In this document: positions 55,525-64,000 of the stretch, in pieces | Layout: every line of letters starts with the position of its first letter | Position numbering within the stretch: the stretch's first letter is position 1 | NCBI GenBank assembly: GCA_021414225.1 | Contig: JAIOOX010000002.1 | Coordinates: forward strand, 97,118-161,117 | DNA from: Candidatus Vogelbacteria bacterium | GTDB lineage: Bacteria > Patescibacteriota > Minisyncoccia > Phycocordibacterales > XYD1-FULL-46-19 | Direction of reading: 5' to 3' | Length of the DNA stretch: 64,000 nucleotides | Translations under genes and position numbers: made by a program | The notes under the pieces: model-generated | Databases searched by the model: none | Told to the model about the DNA's origin: nothing | What the model saw: the letters and a program-made list of their open reading frames with translations, nothing else

Positions 55525-56667
55525 ATGGATATTAAACAAGCCGCTCTCGATTTTCACCTTAAACTCAAAGGCAAAATAGAAATAACTGTTAAAGCTAAGG
55601 TGGACACCAGGGAAGAGTTAAGTTTGGCTTACACTCCTGGTGTGGCTGAGCCTTGTAAAGAGATTGCTGCTGATCCGACCAAGGTCTGGGATTATACAGG
55701 TAAAGGGAACTTGGTGGCTGTGGTGACCGATGGTACAGCAGTGCTAGGTTTGGGTGATATTGGCCCAGAAGCGGCTATCCCAGTGATGGAAGGTAAAGCC
55801 TTGTTATTTAAAGAATTTGCTGGAATCGATGCGATGCCGATTTGTTTAAGAACTAAAAACGTTGATGAGATTGTCATGATTGTGAAAGCTTTGGAACCAA
55901 CTTTTGGAGGAATAAATTTAGAGGATATTAGCGCCCCCCGTTGCTTTGAAGTTGAAGAGAGATTAAAGGCCGATATGAATATTCCAGTTTTTCATGACGA
56001 TCAACATGGAACAGCGGTAGTTGTTTTGGCTGGTTTAATTAATGCTGTTAAGGTATCAGGTAAAGATCTAACTACTTTAAAGGTGGTGATGAGTGGCTCT
56101 GGAGCAGCTGGGACGGCGATCGCTAAAATTTTGTACTCTCAGGGAGTTAAAGATGTGGTTATGCTTGACCGTCATGGTGTTATTTCATCAAAAAGAGAAG
56201 ACTTAAATGAAGCCAAGAAAAACCTCTTATCTTTTACTAATCCAACTGATATAACTGGTGACTTTAACGAAGCTTTGGTTGGTCGAGATGTTTTTATTGG
56301 AGTCAGCGGTCCGGGTGTTCTAACTGCGGATCATGTCAAATCAATGGCTGATAAACCAATTATTTTTGCCTTAGCAAATCCTACGCCCGAAATTATGCCA
56401 GACGAGGCTAAACAGGCAGGGGCTTATGTGGTGGCCACTGGTCGGAGTGATTTCCCTAATCAGATTAACAATGTCCTGGCCTTCCCGGGGATTTTTAGAG
56501 GCGCTCTTGATGCTCGAGCGAGGGCTATCACTGAACCAATGAAACTAGCCGCCGCTCATGCTTTGGCGGATTATGTAGTTGATCCAACTCCTGATAAAAT
56601 CATTCCTGACCCACTAGATAAAAAAGTAACCGAAAAGGTGGCAGAAGCTGTAAGATTGGCCGTCTAG
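55525..56667 (+). CDS. NAD(P)-dependent malic enzyme (short bacterial type)
   Basis: LAYTPGVAEPC, VVTDGTAVLGLGDIG, VFHDDQHGTA, and an NAD-binding segment GSGAAGTAIA. Confidence 0.85.
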   Translation: MDIKQAALDFHLKLKGKIEITVKAKVDTREELSLAYTPGVAEPCKEIAADPTKVWDYTGKGNLVAVVTDGTAVLGLGDIGPEAAIPVMEGKALLFKEFAGIDAMPICLRTKNVDEIVMIVKALEPTFGGINLEDISAPRCFEVEERLKADMNIPVFHDDQHGTAVVVLAGLINAVKVSGKDLTTLKVVMSGSGAAGTAIAKILYSQGVKDVVMLDRHGVISSKREDLNEAKKNLLSFTNPTDITGDFNEALVGRDVFIGVSGPGVLTADHVKSMADKPIIFALANPTPEIMPDEAKQAGAYVVATGRSDFPNQINNVLAFPGIFRGALDARARAITEPMKLAAAHALADYVVDPTPDKIIPDPLDKKVTEKVAEAVRLAV

Positions 56668-56708
56668 GTTGCTCGTTTTTGACGTTTACTACAAGCTAAT
56701 TTTTCGGT

Positions 56709-57641
56709 ATGATTGTAAGAATGAAAAAAAAGGTTAATCGTCTCTTAGTGGTTGCCACTTTTCTGGTCGGCGTCGTAGTCGTGGTGGTGGCTTTTTCCTT
56801 TAACCAAGATTCACAAATTGTGACCCTTAATACCAATCTTGATCTGGTAAAGGGGGAGATCAAAGATGATCCTGTTGATAAAGAATTTGATTTATTTTTT
56901 GATAATTTACCCCTTAACCAAGTACAGGATCTTATTATTGATAATGTGGCTAGTGTAAATAACGCCATTAACCCTAGTATTAAATATGTTCACATCACAC
57001 AGGGTTTGCGAAAGGAGCAAGTAGCAGAAAGATTTGGAAAGGTTTTAGATTGGCCTCAGACAGAGATGGATCAGTTTGCTAACGCTGACCACCCAAACGG
57101 TCTACCTAATAGTGAGGGGTATTATTATCCTGGCACATATGCTGTTTACAAGGGAGAGAATAGTGCTTCGGCGAGTAAAAAAATGTTTGATCGCTTTGAA
57201 GAGGAAGTTACCAGTAGGTATGGTACCTCTACGGCTAAAATAATAAATATCAATACTGCCTTAAAAATAGCCTCATTAATTGAAAGAGAGGCGGCTGGGA
57301 AACACGATATGCGCCTGATCTCTGGCATTATCTGGAATAGAGTATTTTCTGGGATGAATTTGGAAATTGATGCTACTTTACAGTATGCAAAAGGCACCGA
57401 AGAAAACGGCTGGTGGCCAATGGTTTATTCAAAAGATAAATACATTGATTCTCCTTACAATACTTATAAACACTCCGGCTTCCCACCCACTGCTATTTCT
57501 AACCCTGGTTTAGCCTCAGTTTACGCGGCTTTGAATCCTCAAAAGACTGATTGTATTTTTTATCTACACGATACCCGCCGACAAATTCACTGCACTAAGA
57601 CATATGCAGCTCATAAGAAAAATATTGAAAAATATTACTAG
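56709..57641 (+). CDS. mltG: endolytic murein transglycosylase MltG (YceG-like)
   Basis: N-terminal TM and the YceG motifs (YYYPGTY, ASLIEREA, IIWNR). Confidence 0.8.
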   Translation: MIVRMKKKVNRLLVVATFLVGVVVVVVAFSFNQDSQIVTLNTNLDLVKGEIKDDPVDKEFDLFFDNLPLNQVQDLIIDNVASVNNAINPSIKYVHITQGLRKEQVAERFGKVLDWPQTEMDQFANADHPNGLPNSEGYYYPGTYAVYKGENSASASKKMFDRFEEEVTSRYGTSTAKIININTALKIASLIEREAAGKHDMRLISGIIWNRVFSGMNLEIDATLQYAKGTEENGWWPMVYSKDKYIDSPYNTYKHSGFPPTAISNPGLASVYAALNPQKTDCIFYLHDTRRQIHCTKTYAAHKKNIEKYY

Positions 57642-57665
57642 ACTAGACCAGAGTTCTTGAGATTT

Positions 57666-59081
57666 TTACCAACCAAACATCTTACCTACTTCTTCAGGTA
57701 GTTCTCGCTTACGAGCCACTTTAATTTCGCCATTAACAGCAATTAATTTAGCTGGACTAGATAATAGACAGTGATGACTGGCGAGAGAGTCTTGGTAGGC
57801 ACCAGTGTCTAAGATGGCGATATAAAGATTTTCAGTACTTTCCAGGTCTGGCAAAATAACTTGAGTACCACCAGCGGTATATTTGTCGTCACTGTCACAA
57901 GATGAACCAGCCAACCAACATCTTTTTAGTTTGCGGGTATTTAGAGCATTTACAGGGACGATTTGCCATCGTTGGTGAATAGCCCAACTATCTATTAAGT
58001 CGTTCATAAAACTACCATCAATGACATACCAGCGCTTGTTACTCTTAGTATCAATAGTTTTTTCCGCTAAAATTTTATAAGTGGTAATCTGAGCCGGACC
58101 TGAAACGTAACGACCCCATTCGGTAATTAAGTTTGGATGTTTGATGCCTAATTTATCAGAGTGACTTTTGGCGGTTTTTACTATTCTCTGGATTAAGTTT
58201 CTAATATGGTAAGTTCTTTTTTTATCGTAAGGAATACCTGCACCACCGCCGATGTCGAGAGTATCCAGGGAAGGATTTTTTTCTTGGAGGGTTTTATAAA
58301 CTTGGAGGGCTCTTTTTAGGGGAGCGATAAAACCGTCAATTGATTCTACTTGGCTTGAAATATGATAATGCAAAATGGTTAGATTTCTAACTTTGCCGAT
58401 TTTGAATAATTCGTCTTCAGTGAAACCGAAGCGGTTGAATTTTTTGTCCCAATGGCTCTTAACTTTCACACTTAAGTTAACCCTAATACCAACTGGGCCT
58501 AAAAATTTCTTCATACGTTCAAGTTCGACGTAATCTTCGATAATTGGGACAACACTAACCCCTTTCTTGTATAGCTCCTCAATCAAATCCATGTACTGAG
58601 TGGTTTTTGGACCATTACAGATAATTCTAATATTGTCGTCAAAGTGATCTTTTTCGATCATTTTTTTGACCAAAAAAAGTTCGTTGGCTGAAGAGACATC
58701 CAAGTTGGCGCCTTCGGCAATGGCCGGTAAAACAAATTCCCGGTTTTGGTTGACCTTCATTGGGTAGTGGTAATGATATCGTCCTTTGTAACCCAAAATT
58801 TTAATATAGGCGTTGAAAGTATCAATCAAGTCTCTAACCCTGTTTTCAATCACAGTCGGGAAGACAATCTCGGTGGAAGTACCGTATTTTTTTAGAATAT
58901 TATGGATATTGTACTGGTAGTTACCCTCACGAATAATAAGCTCACCCTCTTCATTTATATCAAAGGAGGCGGTATTGAAATCATCCATGCCAAGTTTCCA
59001 GAACTTTTTATAGCCGTTCTTGGTGGTCTTTTTATAAGAACCCCGATTGGTTTTTGGGGTTTTGGTAGCTTTAGTTAACAT
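57666..59081 (-). CDS. PLP-dependent Orn/Lys/Arg decarboxylase family 2 protein, arginine-decarboxylase (SpeA)-like
   Basis: YHYHYPMKVNQ (PLP-Lys), DIGGGAGIPY, SGPAQITT, DTGAYQDSL. Its low GC, typical of the host, contrasts with the lysA-like gene at 16849. Confidence 0.7.
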   Translation of the reverse strand: MLTKATKTPKTNRGSYKKTTKNGYKKFWKLGMDDFNTASFDINEEGELIIREGNYQYNIHNILKKYGTSTEIVFPTVIENRVRDLIDTFNAYIKILGYKGRYHYHYPMKVNQNREFVLPAIAEGANLDVSSANELFLVKKMIEKDHFDDNIRIICNGPKTTQYMDLIEELYKKGVSVVPIIEDYVELERMKKFLGPVGIRVNLSVKVKSHWDKKFNRFGFTEDELFKIGKVRNLTILHYHISSQVESIDGFIAPLKRALQVYKTLQEKNPSLDTLDIGGGAGIPYDKKRTYHIRNLIQRIVKTAKSHSDKLGIKHPNLITEWGRYVSGPAQITTYKILAEKTIDTKSNKRWYVIDGSFMNDLIDSWAIHQRWQIVPVNALNTRKLKRCWLAGSSCDSDDKYTAGGTQVILPDLESTENLYIAILDTGAYQDSLASHHCLLSSPAKLIAVNGEIKVARKRELPEEVGKMFGW

Positions 59082-59167
59082 TATCTCTTAATTATACACT
59101 TTTATATATAAATGTCAAGTTTTTAGGTGTTGATAGGTTGATAACAAAGGGTTAAATTCCTAATCGT

Positions 59168-60013
59168 TTAGTTTATTGGATTGATTGTAGTAGTCCCTAG
59201 GTCTAAACCTGACTCAAGGTGGAGGTCTTCAGGGTGGTGGTTTTCTTCGTCACCGTGAGCATGTGGTGTCAAAGATAAAACTAAAGCCATTAGGGCTATT
59301 CCGACCAAGAAACAGATAATGTGGGTAATATGATGGATTCTTTTTTCCGAATGTCTGACAGAGTGAGGAATAAGGTCAAAAAAGACAACTAGTAAAAATA
59401 CCCCAGCTGAAATTCCTAGGAGAGGAACTTCTAGTATCTCGAATTTTTCTAGTAAGAAAAAAGATCCCAAGGAACCAATCAAGATGGTGGATGACACGGC
59501 GAAATTTACTAAAAGAGCTTTTTTAACCGAATATCCAGATTGTCTCATAACAAAAAACTCTGACATTTCCTGGATTACTTCATGGAAAAAAATACTAATG
59601 GTTGTGATTACTCCCAGTGCAGGGTTAACAGCAAAAGAACTTACTAGTAATATACCGTCAGCGATATTGTGAATGGCGTCTCCTATAATAATTCTTTTAA
59701 CATCAAGTTGAGAGTGGGGATGACTTTCACCTGACTTGTCATGGTGGTGGTGGAAAGAGGGAAGTAGTTTAAATAATCCATAGATACCCACCAAACCAAC
59801 CACAATCCAACCAAGACCGGTGGCGATAGTGGTAGAGTGTTCGAGAGTCTCAGAGGTTAGTTGAAAAGAGATAACTAAAAATACCCCAGCTGATAGACTA
59901 ACCAGGTATCTTAGATTTTTTTCAATAAAGTCACCTAAACTTTTCCAAAGTAAAATTACTCCAACCAGGGAGGCGGTCATCACAACGAAAGAGGCTAACA
60001 GAATATAAAGCAT
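59168..60013 (-). CDS. ZIP-family divalent metal (zinc) transporter
   Basis: ZIP signature helices (HNIADGILL, HEVIQEMSEF) and a His-rich cytoplasmic loop (FHHHHDKSGESHPH). Confidence 0.8.
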   Translation of the reverse strand: MLYILLASFVVMTASLVGVILLWKSLGDFIEKNLRYLVSLSAGVFLVISFQLTSETLEHSTTIATGLGWIVVGLVGIYGLFKLLPSFHHHHDKSGESHPHSQLDVKRIIIGDAIHNIADGILLVSSFAVNPALGVITTISIFFHEVIQEMSEFFVMRQSGYSVKKALLVNFAVSSTILIGSLGSFFLLEKFEILEVPLLGISAGVFLLVVFFDLIPHSVRHSEKRIHHITHIICFLVGIALMALVLSLTPHAHGDEENHHPEDLHLESGLDLGTTTINPIN

Positions 60014-60049
60014 GTTTATGATTTATTCTTTTAAAATTTGATTAATTAC

Positions 60050-60070
60050 AATTGCGAATGATTCGCATTT
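60050..60070. promoter_or_regulatory. Fur/Zur-box-like palindrome in divergent ZIP-zur promoter region
   Basis: AATTGCGAATGATTCGCATTT. Its core TGCGAAT-g-ATTCGCA is a 7-1-7 inverted repeat within the 73-bp intergenic region between the divergent ZIP transporter and the Fur-family regulator. Confidence 0.6.
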
Positions 60071-60086
60071 ATGTTAGCCTAATCAG

Positions 60087-60494
60087 ATGGAAAAAGCAAC
60101 TGTTGATCAAATACTTAAACAATACGGACTAAAAATAACCACCGCTAGAAGGTTGGTCATTGCTAGTCTGCAGATTATAAGTAAGCCGGTGACGGCTGAG
60201 GAGTTGCAAAAAATTGTAGGTCAAGAGGTGGATCCAGCTACTACCTATCGAGTCTTACAAAAACTAGTTGAAAAGGGAGTTGTCTATCAAACTGATTTTC
60301 GAGATAGAAAAGCTTACTACGAATATCAAGGTAAACATCACCATCATGTGGTGTGTACAAAATGTGGCACAAAAGAAGAAACGGATATTTGTATTGACAC
60401 TAAAAAGGTTAGTAAAAACCTTAAGAACTTCGCTCGTCTTAATAGTCATATACTGGAATTTTTTGGGGTATGTAATAAGTGTTCAAGCTGTTAA
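60087..60494 (+). CDS. zur: Fur-family metalloregulator (Zur-like)
   Basis: Winged-helix N-terminus (TTARRLVIASL), a His cluster HHHHVVC, and paired CxxC (CTKCG, CNKCSSC). Divergent from the ZIP transporter. Confidence 0.8.
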   Translation: MEKATVDQILKQYGLKITTARRLVIASLQIISKPVTAEELQKIVGQEVDPATTYRVLQKLVEKGVVYQTDFRDRKAYYEYQGKHHHHVVCTKCGTKEETDICIDTKKVSKNLKNFARLNSHILEFFGVCNKCSSC

Positions 60495-60504
60495 TATATA
60501 AAAT

Positions 60505-61668
60505 ATGATGGCTCCCAATAGATTTTTAATTAAGCAGGCTTTTAGAGGTGCTGTTGTAACTAGTTTCTTTTTTGGTCTGTTAATTTTAGGGTTTTGGTTA
60601 ATACCAACCGTTAGTAGTGCTCAAGAATTGCACCTTGATTATCAAGGAACTTATCGAGGCAAAGTCATAGAGATTCTTGCTGAAGAGTGGAGAGAGATTC
60701 CTGGAACTGAAACTGATCACTTATATCAGACTATTAAAGCGGAAATACTTGATGGTCCTCAAGTGGGAAAAATTTTAACAATTGAAAATGATTACCTAGA
60801 ATTAGATAAAGGGAATAAATTTTATTTTAATTACAATATCGACCTAGGTGGTCAAGAGACTTACGGGATAGTAAACATTGACCGTCGGGATTCTCTAATC
60901 TTACTAACTACCATCTTTATTTTAGCGGTGGTGGTTTTTGGTGGTTGGCAGGGAGTGAGGGCCTTGTTTGCTTTGGTGGGTAGTTTTTTTGTGATTGTTT
61001 TTATTTTAATGCCAGGGTTGCTAAATGGGTGGAACCCACTGTTGGCTAGTTTTTTGGTGGCCTCAGGGATTCTTTTTGCGGCTATCTTTTTTACTCATGG
61101 ATTCAATCGAGAATCAGCGGTAGCGTATGGAGGGACAATGATAGCCGTTTTACTTACTGGAATTTTTGCTATCTTAGCTGTTCACTGGACGGACTTGTCT
61201 GGTTTTGCCGCTGAAGAATCTGTCTACCTGAATTTTAACACTCAAGGTTCTTTGGATTTTACAGCTCTACTTTTAGGGGCAATTATTATTGGAGTGCTGG
61301 GAGTGCTGGATGATATTGCAGTGACTCAAGCCGCGGTGGTAACAGAATTATTTAATAGTAATCCCAAAATAACTAGACAAGAGGCTTATAAACGAGCTTT
61401 GCGAGTTGGTCGTGAACATGTGGGGGCGCTGGTTAATACTCTCGTCTTGGCTTATACCGGAGCGGCCTTACCACTACTCTTATATTTTTATTTATCGCCG
61501 GTTAGTTTTGGGGCGACTGTAAACTCTGAAATATTTGCAACGGAGATTGTCCGAATGATTGTTGGGAGTATCGGTTTAATTATGACTGTCCCAATCGTGA
61601 CTCTATTGGCTGTTATCTATCTTAAAGATTACAAACCTAAAGATGGAAAGACTCATAGTCATCACTAG
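60505..61668 (+). CDS. YibE/F-family membrane protein
   Basis: Signal/TM, an extracytoplasmic domain, then at least 6 TM helices with a Gly-rich YibE/F pattern. Confidence 0.55.
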   Translation: MMAPNRFLIKQAFRGAVVTSFFFGLLILGFWLIPTVSSAQELHLDYQGTYRGKVIEILAEEWREIPGTETDHLYQTIKAEILDGPQVGKILTIENDYLELDKGNKFYFNYNIDLGGQETYGIVNIDRRDSLILLTTIFILAVVVFGGWQGVRALFALVGSFFVIVFILMPGLLNGWNPLLASFLVASGILFAAIFFTHGFNRESAVAYGGTMIAVLLTGIFAILAVHWTDLSGFAAEESVYLNFNTQGSLDFTALLLGAIIIGVLGVLDDIAVTQAAVVTELFNSNPKITRQEAYKRALRVGREHVGALVNTLVLAYTGAALPLLLYFYLSPVSFGATVNSEIFATEIVRMIVGSIGLIMTVPIVTLLAVIYLKDYKPKDGKTHSHH

Positions 61669-61691
61669 ACTAATTATAGTAAACTAAATAA

Positions 61692-62258
61692 ATGGAAATT
61701 TTTCTTTACGGACTTATAATCACATTTGGAGTGTTGTCGTATGTTGTTGGAGTGTGGCAAATGCTTAAGAACAAATATTTACCGAGCACTTTCAGTCGAG
61801 TGATTTGGGTACTGCTTTCAATTAATAGTTTTGCTGGGGTAATTTTGAGCAATAGCAGTACATCCTCTATTCTCTTGGGGTTGATCTTTTTGTCTGGGAA
61901 TATTGCTATCTGCATTGTTAGTTTCTGGAAGGGGATAAAAACGATTGGAAAACTTGAATATTATTGTCTTGTATTACTTTTATTAAGCGGTCTTATCTGG
62001 ATTTTTTTTGATGCTCCGTTGGTAAATCTAATAATAAGTCTTTCTGCTCATTTTATTGGAGGTATTCCGACTTACAAGAAAGTGTGGATTGATCCAACAA
62101 GCGAGAGTTTTGGGTTCTGGTCACTGTTCTTTTTTGCCAGTCTTCTCAGTGTGTTTGTTGCTGACACAACTTCACTGAAAACCATCTTGTTCCCAATTTA
62201 CTTTGTTATTTTTGATGGCGCCATGTCCTTACTTACTTTAAGAAAAAAGAACCTCTAG
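61692..62258 (+). CDS. hypothetical polytopic membrane protein
   Basis: 188 aa with 5-6 predicted TM helices. Confidence 0.45.
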   Translation: MEIFLYGLIITFGVLSYVVGVWQMLKNKYLPSTFSRVIWVLLSINSFAGVILSNSSTSSILLGLIFLSGNIAICIVSFWKGIKTIGKLEYYCLVLLLLSGLIWIFFDAPLVNLIISLSAHFIGGIPTYKKVWIDPTSESFGFWSLFFFASLLSVFVADTTSLKTILFPIYFVIFDGAMSLLTLRKKNL

Positions 62259-62436
62259 ATAAATTTTCTTTTTACCCGTTTGCATATAATAAAATATCAA
62301 TTATAAATATGGAGTAAGGATTAAGATTTATGTTCTTTGTGGTCACGAGTATTTTGAGCTTCGTCAAACTCAAAATCTCGCTACCCCGCCTCGTGTTTTC
62401 GTTTGCTAACGAAACATCACTCCGGCTTCCACTACA

Positions 62437-62467
62437 CGAAAAAACCTCCAGCGGTGGAGGTTTTTTC
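62437..62467. terminator. bidirectional hairpin terminator
   Basis: AAAAAA-CCTCCA-gcgg-TGGAGG-TTTTTT, between the membrane-protein gene and the convergent tRNA-Ala. Confidence 0.7.
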
Positions 62468-62474
62468 TGTTCAG

Positions 62475-62547
62475 TGGACCCTAGCGGATTCGAACCGCTC
62501 ACCTCCGAGGTGCAAGCTCGGCGCTCTACCAAATGAGCTAAGGGCCC
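62475..62547 (-). tRNA. tRNA-Ala (anticodon UGC)
   Basis: The reverse complement GGGCCCTTAGCTCATTTGGTAGAGCGCCGAGCTTGCACCTCGGAGGTGAGCGGTTCGAATCCGCTAGGGTCCA folds into a cloverleaf with a G3:U70 alanine-identity pair and anticodon loop CTTGCAC. CCA is not encoded. The ORF-track ORFs at 62272..62532 and 62330..62536 are artefacts over this tRNA. Confidence 0.9.
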
Positions 62548-62731
62548 TTACAAACTAAGCACTAAGAGATAATATCTAAAAAATACTTAAAAGGCAATCA
62601 CATCTTTTGTTTACAACCACACCAAGGGCAAAACCAATCTTTTTTATTTTTAGGGCAATCACCAATTGACCACCATTTTTGGCATAAGCCACAACGAAAA
62701 TGGTTTAACTGTTCAAGACTTTTTTGGCCCT

Positions 62732-63367
62732 TTATTTCTGTCTTTTTTGGTTGGTTTTTTTGGCCGGTTTCCATTTTTGGTGAGACTTGGTCCTATCTAT
62801 CCACCAAGGGTCCTTGTCATCGTGCCACCAGTCGTCTGGGTGGGTAGAGAGTAAGAGTTTAGCAATCTCCTTACCAGCTGGTGTTTTCATGCGTTTGGAA
62901 GCATCTAGAGCCCAACTTTTAGCCTTGGCGTTACCTTTAGTTTCTTCTTCCCGCATGGTGGCCAGCCATTCTAAATTGTCTGCATCTTTAACAAGCCTAG
63001 CTTCCAAAGTTTCTTTAGCTTGTTCTTCCAAATAAGCTTGTTCGATTTCTTTACCGAAAGGGACACTGACAGCGATATCTTTAACGGCGTTGCCCTCCGC
63101 CAACCGACCATAACGCTGGTGAACATAGTTAAGGTCGGAAACTCGACCCTCACCGATATCATGGACAAGAGCCATGAAAATAACTTTATGTTTATCGGCT
63201 TTAGGAGTTAGATAGCACAAAGCATAAGCGATCATGGTGGTACGGAAAAGATGTTCAGCCACTGATTGTTTGCCACTACCAAGGAACCACAGACCAGAGC
63301 GAGGTGTTTTTTGATGAATTCCCATTTCGTAAACAAAGTGGGTGATTTGCTGGAGGTCTTTCTTAGT
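62732..63367 (-). CDS. HD-domain phosphohydrolase (YfbR-like 5'-deoxynucleotidase family)
   Basis: H...HD...D metal motif (VAEHLFRT..., ALVHDIGEGRVSD, VKDADNLE). The likely start is the internal ATG at 63367 (MTKKDL...). A Trp/Lys-rich C-terminal tail is present. Confidence 0.7.
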   Translation of the reverse strand, partial: TKKDLQQITHFVYEMGIHQKTPRSGLWFLGSGKQSVAEHLFRTTMIAYALCYLTPKADKHKVIFMALVHDIGEGRVSDLNYVHQRYGRLAEGNAVKDIAVSVPFGKEIEQAYLEEQAKETLEARLVKDADNLEWLATMREEETKGNAKAKSWALDASKRMKTPAGKEIAKLLLSTHPDDWWHDDKDPWWIDRTKSHQKWKPAKKTNQKRQK

Positions 63368-63425
63368 CATTGAGACTAGTATAGTTAAGTTTTTAGCAAA
63401 ATGCATCTACCGGTAAAACTGGTGA

Positions 63426-63476
63426 GGTAATTTGAAAAAGATAAAGGGCGCCGACTGTCTACGACAGTCGGCGCCC
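63426..63476 (-). terminator. rho-independent terminator on minus strand (14-bp stem)
   Basis: GGGCGCCGACTGTC-tac-GACAGTCGGCGCCC with TTTATCTTTTT downstream on the minus strand. It follows the stop of the flotillin-like gene. Confidence 0.8.
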
Positions 63477-63494
63477 CATGGGTTCAAGAATAGT

Positions 63495-64000
63495 TTACTG
63501 CGTGACTGCTTCGGCCGGCTGTTCAGTCGGCCGGTTCAGTAGGTGGCCAAATACGGCCGCCGCGCCCTCGAGGTTGTTCCCACCACCGGCGCCGTTGTTG
63601 ACGACGACATCGGGCACGAATTTCTTTGCGTTTTCGATGGCGCTAGTCAACAGCTCCGGATTTTTTTCCATGATTTCCGTGATGGCCTTGAGGCCCTGCT
63701 GGAACATCTGGAGTTGGGCGGTCATTTCCTTGCCGAGTACTTCCGCTTGGGCCTGTTGGCCTTCGGCGAGAGCGAGCAAGTAGGCCTGTTCGCCTTTGGC
63801 TTCCGTTTCCCGGGCTTGCGCACGGTTTTCGGCGGCTTTGGCGAGGATTTCGGCCTTGACCAGTTCGGGTTGCTGTTCGGCAGTCGCCCGGGCGTTTTCC
63901 GTGGCCTGACGCTGGGTCTGAGCCATTTCTTCCTGGACCCAAGCCTTCATCAGCTGCTGGGCCAGCTGTTCACGCTTGCGCGCGATCAGGAGCTCGGACG
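63495..64000 (-). CDS. SPFH/band-7 (flotillin/YqiK-like) protein, C-terminal part (5' end beyond window)
   Basis: The minus-strand frame is open to the window edge (...SELLIARKREQLAQQLMKAWVQEEMAQTQRQATENARATAEQ...). It has an Ala/Gln/Glu-rich coiled-coil tail typical of flotillin-like SPFH proteins. GC is ~60%. Confidence 0.55.
   Translation of the reverse strand, partial: SELLIARKREQLAQQLMKAWVQEEMAQTQRQATENARATAEQQPELVKAEILAKAAENRAQARETEAKGEQAYLLALAEGQQAQAEVLGKEMTAQLQMFQQGLKAITEIMEKNPELLTSAIENAKKFVPDVVVNNGAGGGNNLEGAAAVFGHLLNRPTEQPAEAVTQ

Noticed and set aside
62272-62536. ORF-track ORFs 62272..62532 (-) and 62330..62536 (+)
   Set aside because: They overlap a well-formed tRNA-Ala(UGC) and a bidirectional terminator, so they are artefacts.
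1-64000. CRISPR arrays, rRNA genes, prophage structural genes, transposases
   Set aside because: There are no regularly spaced direct repeats, no rRNA-like conserved blocks and no DDE/serine recombinase or capsid/terminase-like ORFs. Only an att-like short repeat occurs next to tRNA-Gln.

Overview
This is a 64-kb bacterial chromosomal segment of about 40% GC. It is densely packed with mostly plus-strand housekeeping genes: topA/dprA (minus strand), serS, an ftsQ-like gene, a ClpB-like ATPase, dus, a short dnaX, pyrH, tyrS, cmk, trhO, tgt, uvrB/uvrA/uvrC, a two-component pair, ddl, malic enzyme, mltG, a speA-like decarboxylase, and a ZIP transporter divergent from zur. Two tRNAs are present, tRNA-Gln(UUG) on the plus strand and tRNA-Ala(UGC) on the minus strand. 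Short genes, TTG/GTG starts, many small membrane proteins and overlapping stop/start codons suggest a reduced-genome lineage, possibly Patescibacteria/CPR-like. That assignment is inference only and cannot be verified here.

A mosaic of compositionally foreign segments stands out:
- An AT-rich (~30% GC) four-gene cassette of uncharacterised proteins lies directly downstream of tRNA-Gln, with a repeat of the tRNA 3' end nearby. It is a candidate integrated islet or novel defence-like module.
- A ~2.7-kb island of ~58% GC encodes a diaminopimelate-decarboxylase-like (lysA) gene and an LL-DAP-aminotransferase-like (dapL) gene.
- Smaller high-GC singletons are each bounded by strong GC hairpins: an adenylate-kinase-like gene, a prepilin-like gene inserted between uvrB and uvrA, an apparently frameshifted bS20-like gene, and a flotillin-like gene at the window end.

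Other notable items:
- A membrane-anchored ClpB-like ATPase with a degenerate first ATPase domain.
- A Cas4-like Fe-S nuclease paired with a Pif1/RecD-like helicase.
- An RGG-box/zinc-ribbon/H1-like-tail protein.
- Tandem mini membrane-peptide ORFs.
- A ~230-nt GC-rich terminator-ended candidate ncRNA.
- A recurring GGGCGC(C/G)...GCGCCC hairpin family.

No CRISPR array or rRNA was seen.
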